Notes: generated by a model from the letters alone, not told the origin. A stretch of 64,000 bases of DNA from an uncultured Patescibacteria group bacterium (GCA_938030745.1 CALHIP010000001.1:3817-67816); one strand, 5' to 3'. Numbered from the stretch's first letter, positions 41,604 through 52,986 are shown. Made by a program: numbers and translations.

Positions 41604-42549
41604 ATTTTTTCCCTAATAAATAGAGTTTATACCAGATTTGATCAAAAACTAAATCGAATGTTCCTGGGTATTCTATTATTTTTCCGCCAAAACTTTTTTT
41701 AAAACGAGTTACTCCAGGCCATTTTTTTTCATCGATTCCCCAGAAATCATAATACTTTAAACACATTCTTTTTCCTTCTTTAATAACTGTCCAATGAAGA
41801 AGATAGGGAGCCATCAAATTTTTATATTCATCATCTGAGGCACCATATAAATAGGTAACTGTATCAGCAAAAAAAATCATTAAATTACCAGCGATAATTT
41901 TGTTTTGATAATCAGCAAGATAAAGTTTAACAAAATTTTTATCTAGCTGAATCAATTTTTGGTAATATTCAAGTGGGTGAGTTTTAAATTTATTACGATG
42001 AGCAGTCTTTTTTAAAAGATTAAGAAAAATTTCAATTTCTTTTAACGTTTGACCAATTTTTATTCTGACTCCTTTTTTTTCAGCAAGACGAATGTTATAT
42101 CTTGTTTTAGGATGCATTTCTTTTAAAATTTCTTCTTCTGATTTAGTCAGGTTAAGAAGAATTGTCCGTGAAGGTTGAAAATCAGTAATTTTTTTAAAAG
42201 GAAAATTTTTAAAGATCTGAGCATTAAATAAATCTACTCGCCAAAAAATTGAATTTTCTTGCTGAGCTATTTCTTTTATTTTATTCAAAAAAATTTCGGC
42301 TGGAACAATCTCGGTTAAAATTGGAAAACGAGGTGAATAAAGATAACTTTTTTGAAATGGTAAGTTGTTTTTAATAAGCATCAATGCACCAACTAATTTA
42401 TCATCTTTATAAACTCCAAATCGCCAGATTTTTCGATTCAAATTCTTTTGAAATTCTCCCCATAACCAAGAGTGCAAGAATTGAGCCATTTCAAAAGAAG
42501 AAACAAATTCATCCCAAATTTCTTTTTCTTTAATTTCTTGAATTTCCAT
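41596..42549 (-). CDS. FemABX-family peptidoglycan bridge aminoacyltransferase
   Basis: FLHSWLWG, KTRYNIRLA.KKGV, YLYGAS, YDFWG, GVTRFKKSFGG. Confidence 0.9.
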   Translation of the reverse strand: MEIQEIKEKEIWDEFVSSFEMAQFLHSWLWGEFQKNLNRKIWRFGVYKDDKLVGALMLIKNNLPFQKSYLYSPRFPILTEIVPAEIFLNKIKEIAQQENSIFWRVDLFNAQIFKNFPFKKITDFQPSRTILLNLTKSEEEILKEMHPKTRYNIRLAEKKGVRIKIGQTLKEIEIFLNLLKKTAHRNKFKTHPLEYYQKLIQLDKNFVKLYLADYQNKIIAGNLMIFFADTVTYLYGASDDEYKNLMAPYLLHWTVIKEGKRMCLKYYDFWGIDEKKWPGVTRFKKSFGGKIIEYPGTFDLVFDQIWYKLYLLGKKFV

Positions 42550-42660
42550 TGTTTTAAATTATACCTCAATTCTAAAAGTAGTCAATTCTTAATCAACGTG
42601 TTAACACATTAAATTTTGATTAATTAGACAAAAAAAATAATTGATTTATAATTAAACAAT

Positions 42661-43920
42661 ATGAAATCTCTCATAAAAACTGATCGAAAAGTGGCTGAGA
42701 TTATTAAAAAAGAAATTGCCAGACAAAAAAACGGCTTGGTTTTAATTGCTTCAGAAAACTTCGCTTCAGAAGCAGTTTTAGAGGCACTTGGCTCACCCTT
42801 GACAAATAAATACTCGGAAGGTTATCCAGGTCGACGTTACTACGGCGGTAATCAATTTATTGACCAAATAGAAAATTTAGCTATCGAAAGAGCAAAGAAA
42901 CTTTTTCTGCCAAAATCTCAATGGAAGAATTGGCAAGTTAATGTCCAACCATATTCTGGTTCGCCGGCTAATTTTGCTATTTATACTGCTTTACTTCAAC
43001 CAGGTGATAAACTAATGGGAATGATGCTTTCTCATGGTGGACATTTAACTCACGGCCATAAAGTTAGCTTCTCAGGAAAATTTTTTAAAACTGTTCAATA
43101 CGGAGTTGACCCGAAAACTTATCTTTTAAATTATAAAGAGATTTTGAAATTAGCGAAAAAAGAAAGGCCAAAAATTATTGTTTGTGGTTATACTGCTTAT
43201 CCGAGGAAAATTGATTTTAAAAAATTTGGTCAAATCGCTAAAGAAGTTGGTGCTATTTTATTAGCTGATATTTCTCATCTTTCTGGTTTAATCGCTGCTA
43301 AAGTTTATCCTTCACCTTTCCCTTATGCTGATGTAGTTATGACAACAACTCATAAAACTTTACGCGGTCCAAGAGGAGCTGTAATTTTTGCTAAAAATAA
43401 ATATGCTGAAGCAGTTAATCAAGCAGTTTTCCCTGGTTTACAAGGTGGTCCTCATGATAATGTAACAGCAGCAATGGCTGTTGCTTTTGGTGAAGCTTTA
43501 AAACCAGGTTTTAGAAAATATGCAATTCAGATCATTAAAAATGCTAAAGTTTTAGCTCAAACTTTGAAAGAAAATGGTTTAGAAATCGTTACTGGTGGAA
43601 CTGATTCTCATTTGCTTTTAATTGATTTAACTGGAACTGGTCTCTCTGGAAAAGAAGCAGAAAAATTATTAGAAGAGGTTAATATTTATGTCAATCGAAA
43701 CACTATTCCATTTGATCCAAAACCACCTTTTGATCCTTCTGGTTTACGTTTAGGTACACCAGCTTTAACTACCCGTGGAATGAAAGAGAGAGAAATGAGA
43801 ATAATTGGTGAAATGATTGCTGAAATAATCTTTAATCCAAAATCAGAGAAGATAAAAAAAGAAATAAAAAAAAGAGTTTGGGATTTAACAAGAAAGTTTC
43901 CTCTTTATAAAAATTTTTAA
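42661..43920 (+). CDS. glyA: Serine hydroxymethyltransferase
   Basis: LIASENF, NKYSEGYPG, TTTHKTLRGPRG. Confidence 0.98.
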   Translation: MKSLIKTDRKVAEIIKKEIARQKNGLVLIASENFASEAVLEALGSPLTNKYSEGYPGRRYYGGNQFIDQIENLAIERAKKLFLPKSQWKNWQVNVQPYSGSPANFAIYTALLQPGDKLMGMMLSHGGHLTHGHKVSFSGKFFKTVQYGVDPKTYLLNYKEILKLAKKERPKIIVCGYTAYPRKIDFKKFGQIAKEVGAILLADISHLSGLIAAKVYPSPFPYADVVMTTTHKTLRGPRGAVIFAKNKYAEAVNQAVFPGLQGGPHDNVTAAMAVAFGEALKPGFRKYAIQIIKNAKVLAQTLKENGLEIVTGGTDSHLLLIDLTGTGLSGKEAEKLLEEVNIYVNRNTIPFDPKPPFDPSGLRLGTPALTTRGMKEREMRIIGEMIAEIIFNPKSEKIKKEIKKRVWDLTRKFPLYKNF

Positions 43921-43923
43921 AAG

Positions 43924-44337
43924 ATGAGAAAAGTTTTAGTTTTTGGCACGTTTGATAAATTGCATCCTGGCCATCTTTATTTTTTAAATCAGGCAAAAAA
44001 ATATGGCCAGCTTTTTATAGTAGTAGCCAGAGATAAAACAGTTAAGGAAATAAAAAAGAAAACTCCAAGTCAAAATGAGAAAGAAAGAGTTAAGAATTTA
44101 AAAAAAATAAAAATTGCAAAAAAAATAATTTTAGGCAATTTAAATGATAAATATCAAGTTATTAAGAAAATAAGACCTGATATTATTTGTCTTGGCTATG
44201 ACCAAAAATTTTTTGTCAAAAATCTGCCAAAAAAGATAAAAGAATTTGGTTTAAAAACAAAAATTATCAGATTGAAACCATACAAACCGAATCTTTATAA
44301 AACCTCTAAATTGGCAAAATTTTTTGCCAAATTTTAA
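43924..44337 (+). CDS. Cytidylyltransferase-family protein, archaeal-type FAD synthase RibL-like
   Basis: GTFDKLHPGH, VVARD, RPDIICLGYDQ. Confidence 0.75.
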   Translation: MRKVLVFGTFDKLHPGHLYFLNQAKKYGQLFIVVARDKTVKEIKKKTPSQNEKERVKNLKKIKIAKKIILGNLNDKYQVIKKIRPDIICLGYDQKFFVKNLPKKIKEFGLKTKIIRLKPYKPNLYKTSKLAKFFAKF

Positions 44338-44404
44338 TTTTCAATTTATAACCCTTTATTAATGCGGTTTTTAAAGACCCCTTTTTTGGTGACTGTCACC
44401 TTTT
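44311..44404. repeat. Dual-palindrome dispersed element, copy C (divergent)
   Basis: ttggcaaaattttttgccaa + 59-nt gap + ggtgactgtcacc; abuts tRNA-Leu 3' end. Confidence 0.75.
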
Positions 44405-44488
44405 GCCGCGGGTGGGACTCGAACCCACACGGAGTAAAAACTCCATTGGATTTTAAGTCCAACGCGTATACCATTCCGCCACCGCGGC
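44404..44488 (-). tRNA. tRNA-Leu(TAA)
   Basis: ttgga-CTTAAAA-tccaa; variable arm; GTTCGAGTC. Confidence 0.93.
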
Positions 44489-44489
44489 T

Positions 44490-44969
44490 TTACAAAAGCA
44501 TTTTTAAAAATTTATCTAAATTTGGAACAAAATCAAAGTTTTTTAATTCTTCTGGTTTAATCCATTGATATTTTATATGCTCCCAATCTAATTTTATCTT
44601 TGGTCTATTTTTTAATTCTACCAAAACAGGATGAACAATCCAGATCTTATTTATTTTTTTATCTTTAAATTTATATGTTTTAGCAATTTTGAAAGAGGAA
44701 ATATCATTTAAATTTATCCCCAATTCCTCTTTAATTTCTTTTTTAACCATTTCTTTTAAAGGTTTTAATTGATCATAATAACCACCAATCCCATGCCATT
44801 TTCCTTTATAATCTCTAACTTTTTGACTCCTTTTCAGAAGAAGAATTTCATCTTTATATTTTAAAAAACAAATTAGAACAGCTGCTTCCTTTGAAAAAGA
44901 GTAATTTATTCGGCCATCTGGAAAATGAGGTAATTTTTTAAAAAATTTTTTAACAATTGAAGGAATCAT
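44490..44969 (-). CDS. NUDIX hydrolase
   Basis: LLLKRS, GG...KEIKEELG, LDWEH..YQW. Confidence 0.85.
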   Translation of the reverse strand: MIPSIVKKFFKKLPHFPDGRINYSFSKEAAVLICFLKYKDEILLLKRSQKVRDYKGKWHGIGGYYDQLKPLKEMVKKEIKEELGINLNDISSFKIAKTYKFKDKKINKIWIVHPVLVELKNRPKIKLDWEHIKYQWIKPEELKNFDFVPNLDKFLKMLL

Positions 44970-44991
44970 CCAAAGATTTAATTTTGGATTG

Positions 44992-45063
44992 AGCGGGAGA
45001 CGGGATTCGCACCCGCGATCTCTTCCTTGGCAAGGAAGCGTTCTACTGCTGAACTACTCCCGC
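44992..45063 (-). tRNA. tRNA-Gly(GCC)
   Basis: cttcc-TTGCCAA-ggaag; atypical T-loop TGCGAAT and D-loop AG. Confidence 0.9.
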
Positions 45064-45096
45064 TTTTTTATTATCTTAGTCAATTTTTTGGTTTTG

Positions 45097-46170
45097 TCAA
45101 ACCCCTACTTCAATTTTTTTTAAAACTCTTTCCAATTTTTTTTCAAAAACAACATTCTTTACTTGTTTGTATTTATCTAAATTTTTTTCAAAAATTGATA
45201 AGTGATTTAAGAATTTATCCAAAACATCTTTTTCAATTTTTAAAGAAAAAATTCCATAACCGCTTTTTTCTACTAAAAGGCCATTAAGAATTTGCTCAAA
45301 ATCTCCTTTAATTGGTAAAGATAAAATTGGTTTTTTAAGATAAATTGCCTCACTGATTAAGGTAAAACCGCCATTTAAAATTACTCCTTTACATCTTGAG
45401 AGATCATTAAAAAATTCTTTTTCAGAAAATTTTTTTAAAATAATATTTCTTGTTTGTGATGGTAATCCTAAATTATAACAGACAAATTTTTCTTCTGGTT
45501 TTTCTCTAAAAATTTTAAATAACTTTTTCTTATAAATCGGTGCTGTTTGATAAACTAAAACAAAATTTTCTTTTTTTGATTGAAGTTCGAAAATCTCCTT
45601 TCTTAAAATCGGTGGAACAACAAAAGTATTAGGATGAAAAATTTTTCTAACCGGTGTAAGTTTTAAATTAAATGAAGTAATAAAACGATAATCACCTAAA
45701 GGATAAAAAAATTCTAACGTTCTTATTCCAATAAATTCTGGAAAATATTTAAGTGGAAATTTAATTCGACAAAGTTGACTTATTAATTGATTATCAATAG
45801 TAATTAAAGGAATATCTAAAGCTCGAGCAAACCATCTGGAAAATGGTTCAAAATCACTGATCACTAAATTAATTTGAAAATTTTGGACAATTTTTTTAAA
45901 AAGAGAAAAGTTTTTACTAATAAATAAAGGTAAACTTTGTAAAAATTTAATAATCAAACCGGTGACAAAAATTCGACCGGCTAAAAAATAATGGCGATAA
46001 CCTTTAATTCCAATTACATCATCAGGAAACCATTTTTTCATTAATCCAAGACTTTGACCATAAGTAGCAATTTTTACAAGATGACCTCTTTTCTTTAAAA
46101 ATTCAATAACAGTTTTACTTCGAATGGCATGACCAAAACCTTGACCAGAAAGAGTGTAAAGGATATTCAT
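45097..46170 (-). CDS. Glycosyltransferase, MJ1255/VC2487-like (GT-B)
   Basis: GQGFGHAIRS, ISDFEP, NGGFTLISEA, FEQILNG. Confidence 0.85.
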   Translation of the reverse strand: MNILYTLSGQGFGHAIRSKTVIEFLKKRGHLVKIATYGQSLGLMKKWFPDDVIGIKGYRHYFLAGRIFVTGLIIKFLQSLPLFISKNFSLFKKIVQNFQINLVISDFEPFSRWFARALDIPLITIDNQLISQLCRIKFPLKYFPEFIGIRTLEFFYPLGDYRFITSFNLKLTPVRKIFHPNTFVVPPILRKEIFELQSKKENFVLVYQTAPIYKKKLFKIFREKPEEKFVCYNLGLPSQTRNIILKKFSEKEFFNDLSRCKGVILNGGFTLISEAIYLKKPILSLPIKGDFEQILNGLLVEKSGYGIFSLKIEKDVLDKFLNHLSIFEKNLDKYKQVKNVVFEKKLERVLKKIEVGV

Positions 46171-46198
46171 AAAAAAATTTGCATTAATTTAGTTGTTT

Positions 46199-46705
46199 TT
46201 ATTCCTTCAATTTTTCTAAAATTTTTAGTTCAAGTTTATCAGTCTTAGTGTCATATACCGCAAAAGTTGCTTTATAAAACATTCCAGCTAAATTACCAGG
46301 ATTGACTAACCTTGTTTTCCCAATTTTTTCCTCCCACGGCTTATGATCATGGCCATAAAAAATGAGATCGTATTTTTGAGTTTTGGCTAATTCTTTTGCT
46401 TTTTCAGGATAATGAACAAAAGCAATTTTTTTATTATCTAATACTATTTCACCTAAATCACCATAATATTTAACATTTTTAAATTCTTTAACCTTCTCTT
46501 TAAGTAATTCCTTATCACCAACATTGCCATAAATAAGATGAATTTCACCATCAAAGGAGACTGCTAATACTTTTGTTAAAAAACTAGGTGCACATAAATC
46601 ACCACAATGAATAATTAAAGAAATATCTTGCGATTTTAACCAAGAGAGAGTTTTTTCTAAATTAGGAATATTATCATGAGTATCAGAAATAATAGCAATT
46701 TTCAT
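46199..46705 (-). CDS. YfcE-like metallophosphoesterase
   Basis: ISDTHDN, HCGD, GN, GHDH, NPG. Confidence 0.9.
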   Translation of the reverse strand: MKIAIISDTHDNIPNLEKTLSWLKSQDISLIIHCGDLCAPSFLTKVLAVSFDGEIHLIYGNVGDKELLKEKVKEFKNVKYYGDLGEIVLDNKKIAFVHYPEKAKELAKTQKYDLIFYGHDHKPWEEKIGKTRLVNPGNLAGMFYKATFAVYDTKTDKLELKILEKLKE

Positions 46706-46711
46706 ATTATT

Positions 46712-48001
46712 TTAATCTTCAATTATTACTTGATTTTTTAGCCATTGGATAATTTTACGATTTAATAAAAAATTTCTTAAATAATTCTGATATTCATCAG
46801 TTCTAATATTTCTTTGTGCTTCAAGATCATATTGATAATATTTAAGTAATCGATTTATTTCCTGACCTAATTCTTCATCACTTACAAAAAATTTATATTC
46901 TTGGGCAATTTTTCCAATAATTAAAGCAGTTTTAACTCTTTTTTCTGCTTGGGGAGTAAATTCTTCTTTTAATTCGTCTTTCGTCTTCTTTATGTGGAGG
47001 AGATAATCTTCAAATTTTAAATTTGACATTTCTAAACTCTTTTCTAACTCTTCAATTATTTTCTCCTTTTCTTCATTTATAATTATTTCCGGGATTTCTT
47101 CGAAATCAGAATTTTTAATTATTTGATCAAGCATCTCCAATTCTAACCTTTCTTCTTCTTTATTTTTTTCTTCTTCTTCCAAATTTTTTCTTAACTGTTC
47201 TTTTAATTCTTCTAAATTCTTAAAATTTCCTACACTTTGAGCAAAATTATCATCTAAATTTGGCAGCTCTACCTGATAAATAGAATTGATTTTAACCCTA
47301 AAATCAATTTTCCTTCCCGCTAATTTTTTATCATAAAAATTTTCTGGATACTCTAAAGAAAATTCTTTAATTTCTCCTTTTTTCATTCCAATCAATTTTT
47401 CTTCTAAGCCAGGAATGTAATAAGATTCACCTAATAAAAATGAGACATTTTTTCCTTGACCATTTTCAAGTGGAACTTTATTAAAAAACATCTCAAAATC
47501 AATCTCTAAGCGATCTCCTTTTTGAGCAGGTCTTTCAACTAAGATTTCCTTTCTTCTGGAAATCCTTAATTCATTTAGAAGTCTTTCAACTTTTTCTTCT
47601 TTAATTTCTATTTTTTTTCTTTTAACTTTTATTTTTTTAAAATCACAAATTTTTACCTGAGGAAAATTAAAGAAAGTTGCTTTATAAATAAACGGATTAT
47701 CTTTGGCTAATTTCAGAATTTCAATTTTTGGCAAATTAATTGGTTCTAAATTCTTCTCTTTGATTACTTGCCAATAGGTTTCTTCGATAGCCATTTGAGC
47801 TGCTTTTTCATAAATTTTTGCTTCAGAGATTTCTTTTTTAAAAAGATTAATTGGTGCCTTACCTGGACGAAAACCAGGAATAGAAATCTTTGAAGCAAGC
47901 TCAGATTCAGCTTTTTTTAGAAAAGAATTAAATTCTTCTGAATTAAGTTCAATAATTAATTCAATAGTACTTTTTGGTAATTTTTGAATTTTTATTTCCA
48001 T
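46712..48001 (-). CDS. tig: Trigger factor
   Basis: IPGFRPGKAP, FKBP domain YIPGLEEKLIG. Confidence 0.95.
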   Translation of the reverse strand: MEIKIQKLPKSTIELIIELNSEEFNSFLKKAESELASKISIPGFRPGKAPINLFKKEISEAKIYEKAAQMAIEETYWQVIKEKNLEPINLPKIEILKLAKDNPFIYKATFFNFPQVKICDFKKIKVKRKKIEIKEEKVERLLNELRISRRKEILVERPAQKGDRLEIDFEMFFNKVPLENGQGKNVSFLLGESYYIPGLEEKLIGMKKGEIKEFSLEYPENFYDKKLAGRKIDFRVKINSIYQVELPNLDDNFAQSVGNFKNLEELKEQLRKNLEEEEKNKEEERLELEMLDQIIKNSDFEEIPEIIINEEKEKIIEELEKSLEMSNLKFEDYLLHIKKTKDELKEEFTPQAEKRVKTALIIGKIAQEYKFFVSDEELGQEINRLLKYYQYDLEAQRNIRTDEYQNYLRNFLLNRKIIQWLKNQVIIED

Positions 48002-48033
48002 ATTTTTAATTATAACAAATTTTTTATTAAAAG

Positions 48034-48060
48034 AAAGGGAGGGCTTTGCCCTCCCCTTTT
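48034..48060. terminator. Terminator after hppA
   Basis: aaagggagggc-ttt-gccctcccctttt. Confidence 0.75.
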
Positions 48061-48079
48061 TATTTTTATTCTTTTTTAC

Positions 48080-50230
48080 TTAGAAATGGATTAAATTAAG
48101 AACTGCCAACCCAACAGTCACAATTGAAGCCATTGCCATCAGTTTAATCAAGATATTAAGGGAAGGTCCAGCGGTATCTTTGAAAGGATCTCCAACTGTA
48201 TCACCAATAACACTTGCTTTATGTCCCAAAGAACCTTTTCCGCCAAGATTTCCTGCTTCAATATATTTTTTAGCATTATCCCAAGCAGCACCTGAATTAG
48301 CCATCATAATAGCTATGGCAAATCCACTCGCTAAAGCACCAATAAGAAATCCAACTACACCACTTACTCCTAAAATCAGTCCAATAATAATCGGAAAAAT
48401 AACGGCCATTAAAGAAGGAAATATCATTTCCCTTTGAGCTGCTTTAGTGGCGATATCGACAGCTTTACCATAATTAGGTGGAACCTCGCCAGTCATTATC
48501 CCTTTAATTTCTCTCCATTGTCGACGAACTTCTTCAACCAGATCTGCTGCTGCTCGGCCAACTGCTTTAAGAGTAAATGAGCAGAAAAAGAAAGGTACCA
48601 TTACTCCTAAGAACAATCCAGTTATGACTTTTGGATTAAGAAGATGAATTTGGTAGTAATATATCAAATCAGTAAACTTAACCTCAGCTAAAGGAATAAG
48701 TTTTTCTCCAATTTGAATGACTTTAACTCCAATTCTTTCTAAAGCAGCTATTACTTCTTGAAAATAAGCAGCGATTAAAGTAAGAGCAGTTAAAGCAGCT
48801 GAGCCAATAGCAAATCCTTTTCCAATCGCAGCTGTCGTGTTACCTAAAGCATCTAAAGCATCTGTTCTTTTCCTAACTTCTTCAGGCTGACCTGTCATTT
48901 GAGCATTACCTCCAGCATTATCAGCAATTGGACCATAGGCATCACTAGCTAAAGTAATTCCTAAAGTTGAAAGCATTCCTACCGCAGCAATACCAATTCC
49001 GTAAAGTCCTAAAGACGGATCTTTAAATCCACCAGCTAAACCGAAAGCTAAAAGAGTTGCAATCGCTACAGTAAGAATTGAGAAAAATGTAGTGTTCATT
49101 CCTAGAGAAAGTCCTTCAAGAATAACTGTAGCTGGTCCACCTTTTGATTGAGAAGCAAGCTCTTTTACTGGCTTGAAATTCGAAGAGGTGAAATATTCTG
49201 AGGATTTGCCAATAATTATTCCAGCTCCTAATCCAGAAAGAATTGAGCCGAAAAGACCTAAATGGTTTGGTAAAAAGAAATAAATAATCAAACCTGAACC
49301 TAAAACAATCAGGAAAGAAGAGAAATTAATTCCGCGAGAAAGAGCGTCTAAAAGATTTTTTTGAGTTGCCTCTTCTTTACTTCTCACCAGGAAAATGCCA
49401 ATTAAAGAGGAAATAATTCCTAAACTGGCAATCAACATTGGTAAAAAAACACCCTTTAGTCCTAAACCAGCGGTAACACCTAAAACCATTGCTGCTAAAA
49501 TTGAACCGACATAAGATTCATAAAGATCAGCACCCATACCAGCAACATCACCGACATTATCACCAACGTTATCAGCAATAACTGCTGGATTTCTTGGATC
49601 ATCTTCTGGAATTCCCTCTTCAACTTTTCCAACTAAATCAGCACCAACATCTGCTGCTTTGGTATAAATTCCGCCACCGACTCTGGCAAATAAAGCCTGC
49701 GATGAAGCACCAATTCCAAAGGCAAGCATTGTCGTTGTCACAGTGAAAAGATCATAACGAAGGATAATTCTAAGAACAGTAAACCAGATAGCAATATCAA
49801 GTAATCCCAAACCAACAACTAATAATCCCATTACTGCGCCGGAGTTGAAAGCAATCTTTAAAGCAGAATTTAAAGATTTTTTTGCTGCCTCGGTTACTCT
49901 TGAAGAATTTCCTGTTGATGTCATCATTCCAAGGAAACCACAAAGACCAGAGAAGAATCCGCCAGTTAAGAAGGCAAAAGGTACCCAAGGAGATTGGATT
50001 TTCAAGACAAAAGCAAGGAATGCAAAGAAAAGAGCAGCAAAGACAAAGAATATACTCACCGTTTTATACTGTCGCTTAAGATAAGCAATCGCTCCTTCTC
50101 TAATTGCGTCTTTAATCCTTATCATATTTTCATCACCAGCGGGTTGGCTCGTTGTGTAACGGTAAAGAAGAAAAGCAAATAAAAGAGCAATTAATGAACT
50201 AATTGGAACTAAATAAAAGAGATTTTCCAT
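48080..50230 (-). CDS. hppA: Membrane-integral pyrophosphatase, K+-dependent, probably Na+-pumping
   Basis: [26 protein letters not shown] (K+-dependent signature), [17 protein letters not shown]. Confidence 0.95.
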   Translation of the reverse strand: MENLFYLVPISSLIALLFAFLLYRYTTSQPAGDENMIRIKDAIREGAIAYLKRQYKTVSIFFVFAALFFAFLAFVLKIQSPWVPFAFLTGGFFSGLCGFLGMMTSTGNSSRVTEAAKKSLNSALKIAFNSGAVMGLLVVGLGLLDIAIWFTVLRIILRYDLFTVTTTMLAFGIGASSQALFARVGGGIYTKAADVGADLVGKVEEGIPEDDPRNPAVIADNVGDNVGDVAGMGADLYESYVGSILAAMVLGVTAGLGLKGVFLPMLIASLGIISSLIGIFLVRSKEEATQKNLLDALSRGINFSSFLIVLGSGLIIYFFLPNHLGLFGSILSGLGAGIIIGKSSEYFTSSNFKPVKELASQSKGGPATVILEGLSLGMNTTFFSILTVAIATLLAFGLAGGFKDPSLGLYGIGIAAVGMLSTLGITLASDAYGPIADNAGGNAQMTGQPEEVRKRTDALDALGNTTAAIGKGFAIGSAALTALTLIAAYFQEVIAALERIGVKVIQIGEKLIPLAEVKFTDLIYYYQIHLLNPKVITGLFLGVMVPFFFCSFTLKAVGRAAADLVEEVRRQWREIKGIMTGEVPPNYGKAVDIATKAAQREMIFPSLMAVIFPIIIGLILGVSGVVGFLIGALASGFAIAIMMANSGAAWDNAKKYIEAGNLGGKGSLGHKASVIGDTVGDPFKDTAGPSLNILIKLMAMASIVTVGLAVLNLIHF

Positions 50231-50280
50231 AATTACCTCCTTTTTAATTAAGTTTTTTATTTCGACCTTTTATTTTTTAA

Positions 50281-51363
50281 TTATTTTTTTTCTTTTTCAT
50301 TACCTTCTTTCTCAATCTCAATTTTCCAGCCAGTTAATTTTGTCACTAATCTAACATTTTGACCACCTTTACCAATTGCTAAAGATAATTGCTCAGGTCT
50401 AACCTTAACCTTAGCAATTTTTTTTTCTTCATCAATTATTTTTAAAGAACTAATTTTTGCTGGAGAGAAAGCATTGGCAATAAATTTAGCTGGATCTTCT
50501 TGATATTCGATAATGTCAATTTTTTCTCCACCTATTTCAGAAATAATTGTCTGAATTCTTGATCCTCTTGGCCCAATACAAGTGCCAACTGGATCAATAT
50601 TTTTTTCGCTAGTGGCAACAGCAACTTTTGAACGAGAACCTGCTTCGCGGGCAATATTTTTAATCTCAACAACACCGCTAGCAATTTCTGGAATTTCTAA
50701 TTTAAAAAGTTCTCGAATAATTTCTGGATGGGCGCGAGAAACAATTACCTCGGGCCCCTTAGATGTTTGTTTTACTTCTAAAACATAAACTTTTATTTTT
50801 TGGCCAGGTAAATATTTTTCTTCTTTTATTTGTTCATAAAAAGGCAAAATAGCTGTTACCTTTCCTAAATCAACAAGAACATTTCCTTTTTCTTTTCTTT
50901 GGATAATCCCAGATAAAATTTTTCCTTCTTTCCCTTTGAATTCTTCATAAATAACTTCCCTTTCTGCTTCCCGAAGTTTTTGAATAATCACCTGTTTAGC
51001 TGATTGGGCTGCCACTCTACCGAATTTAGATGGAACCTCAAGGGGGGTAATAATTTCATCACCAACTTTTACATCTTTTTTTATTTTTTTTGCCTCAGAT
51101 AAAGGAATCTCTTTTTTTGGATTAAACCTCCTTTGGGCCTCACCTTCTTTTATTCCATCTTCAACCACTGTTTTCAGATCAAAAACCTCCATCTTTCCAG
51201 TTTTGAGATCAAGTTTCACTTTTATATTTTGATCTTTTTTACCAAAATCTTTTCGATAGGCAACAGCTAAAGCATGCTCTATTGTTTGGAGAACCCTTTC
51301 TTTAGGAAGATTTTTTTCCTTACAAATCTCCTCAATCGTCGCAATTAAATTCTCCAATTCCAT
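50281..51363 (-). CDS. nusA: Transcription termination factor NusA
   Basis: FGRVAAQSAKQVI, AREAGSRSKVAV, SLAIGKGGQNVRL. Confidence 0.97.
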   Translation of the reverse strand: MELENLIATIEEICKEKNLPKERVLQTIEHALAVAYRKDFGKKDQNIKVKLDLKTGKMEVFDLKTVVEDGIKEGEAQRRFNPKKEIPLSEAKKIKKDVKVGDEIITPLEVPSKFGRVAAQSAKQVIIQKLREAEREVIYEEFKGKEGKILSGIIQRKEKGNVLVDLGKVTAILPFYEQIKEEKYLPGQKIKVYVLEVKQTSKGPEVIVSRAHPEIIRELFKLEIPEIASGVVEIKNIAREAGSRSKVAVATSEKNIDPVGTCIGPRGSRIQTIISEIGGEKIDIIEYQEDPAKFIANAFSPAKISSLKIIDEEKKIAKVKVRPEQLSLAIGKGGQNVRLVTKLTGWKIEIEKEGNEKEKK

Positions 51364-51447
51364 AATTTTAAAAAATTAAAAACTAGTATTAATCCAACTA
51401 GTTTTTTCATTGAAATGATCTTAACAAAATATTTAAAAAAATCAAGT

Positions 51448-51807
51448 TTAGATTTCCACAGCTTGATAATGGCGGATAACTGGTTTTATGTTTTTTTTAA
51501 ATTCAATAGCTATTAAATCGACTCGCCAATTTTCATCTTTTATTTTCTTTTCCATTAGATAACTTTTAATTGTTTTCTTTAATTTTTTCTTTTTATAAAA
51601 ATTAAATTCTTCTTCTGGTAAACCAAAATAAGGATTAGTTTTTAATTTTACCTCAACAAAAACTAATTGATTCTTATCTTTAGCAATTATGTCTATTTCA
51701 CCGAATCTATTTTGGAAATTTTTCTCCAAAATTTTATATTTTTTTCTCTTCAAAAAATCTTCAGCTATTTCTTCACCAAACCTACCAATCTCTTTCTTTG
51801 TTGACAT
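51448..51807 (-). CDS. yraN: YraN family endonuclease-fold protein
   Basis: G..GEEIA, GEIDIIA, LVFVEVK. Confidence 0.92.
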   Translation of the reverse strand: MSTKKEIGRFGEEIAEDFLKRKKYKILEKNFQNRFGEIDIIAKDKNQLVFVEVKLKTNPYFGLPEEEFNFYKKKKLKKTIKSYLMEKKIKDENWRVDLIAIEFKKNIKPVIRHYQAVEI

Positions 51808-51813
51808 ACCAAA

Positions 51814-52374
51814 TTATTTTTTAAAAACAAGACCAAAATGATAAGGGCCAGCCTGAAATTCTCTTTCAAAGGAAAAACCAACTTTTTCAGCTAATTTTTT
51901 TACTTCTTCTGGCTTAACTCTCATTTCCAAGGGTGGTCCTAAAGGTGTTGCTGTCCTTACCCAGTCAGCAAAGAAGACTTTGCCACCATTTTTTAAAATT
52001 CTTAATGCTTCTTCTAAAATCTCCTTATGCTTCTTTGTCTGAAAAAATAAATTAGTAATGATCACAAAATCAATTGATTCATTTTCTATTTTTGTTGAAC
52101 CAGGAATCTCCAAATCAGCCCAGATTGTTTTGATGTTGTTTAAATTGTAAAACTTTGCCAATTCTTCAACCGATTGTAAAACATTCTTTAAAATATCAAT
52201 AGCATAAACAAAACCATCTTTTCCAACCAATCGGCTAGCTTGCAAGGTAAAATAAGCTCTTCCACCACAGCCAAAATCAGCTACTTTCATTCCCGCTTCA
52301 ATTCCTGCTTTTTTTAGAACTTCTTCAGCATTCATTAATTCTGCTCCACCAGGAATTTTTGAAATAATAACCAT
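51814..52374 (-). CDS. Class I SAM-dependent methyltransferase
   Basis: VADFGCG, YAID, GPP, GPYHFG. Confidence 0.85.
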   Translation of the reverse strand: MVIISKIPGGAELMNAEEVLKKAGIEAGMKVADFGCGGRAYFTLQASRLVGKDGFVYAIDILKNVLQSVEELAKFYNLNNIKTIWADLEIPGSTKIENESIDFVIITNLFFQTKKHKEILEEALRILKNGGKVFFADWVRTATPLGPPLEMRVKPEEVKKLAEKVGFSFEREFQAGPYHFGLVFKK

Positions 52375-52378
52375 AATT

Positions 52379-52984
52379 TTATTTTAACCTAAAACTTCTT
52401 CGATGACAAGGAGAAGGACCATATTTTTTAATAAGATGGTAATGCTTTTTTGTTGGATACCCTTTATTCTGAGTAAATTGATATTTCGGAAATTTTTTAT
52501 CTAAATTTTCCATTATCTTATCTCTTTTTACTTTTGCTAAAATTGAAGCAGCACTGCAAGAAAAAATTTTCTTATCAGCATCAACAATTGATAAATAAGG
52601 AATTTTTAAATCATTTAAATTTATTTTTCCATCGACAATCAAAAAATCAGGTTTAATTTTTAGTTTCTTAATTGCCAATTTCATTACTTCTCGGTTAGCC
52701 CAAGAGATACCTTTTTGATCAATAAGTTTAGAACTTATTTTAGCAAAACTCCAATCAAGAGCAATTTTTTTAATCTCTTTAAATAATTTTTCTCTTAATT
52801 TTGGAGCAACTAATTTAGAATCATTAATTTTTTTTAAATTAATTTTTTTAACTTTTGATTTTTTAAAAATCACGGCTGCTGAAACAATTGGACCAGCTAA
52901 TGAACCTCGACCAGCTTCATCTAAACCAGCAATATATTTAAACCCTTTCTGCCAAATTTTTCTTTCAAACCTTAAATCTGGCAT
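52379..52984 (-). CDS. rnhB: Ribonuclease HII
   Basis: GLDEAGRG, DSK, VDG, AASILAKVKRD, HRRSF. Confidence 0.96.
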   Translation of the reverse strand: MPDLRFERKIWQKGFKYIAGLDEAGRGSLAGPIVSAAVIFKKSKVKKINLKKINDSKLVAPKLREKLFKEIKKIALDWSFAKISSKLIDQKGISWANREVMKLAIKKLKIKPDFLIVDGKINLNDLKIPYLSIVDADKKIFSCSAASILAKVKRDKIMENLDKKFPKYQFTQNKGYPTKKHYHLIKKYGPSPCHRRSFRLK

Positions 52985-52986
52985 CT

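Noticed and set aside
44362-45287. ORFs 44362-44568 and 45027-45287
   Set aside because: Antisense to tRNA genes and real CDSs.
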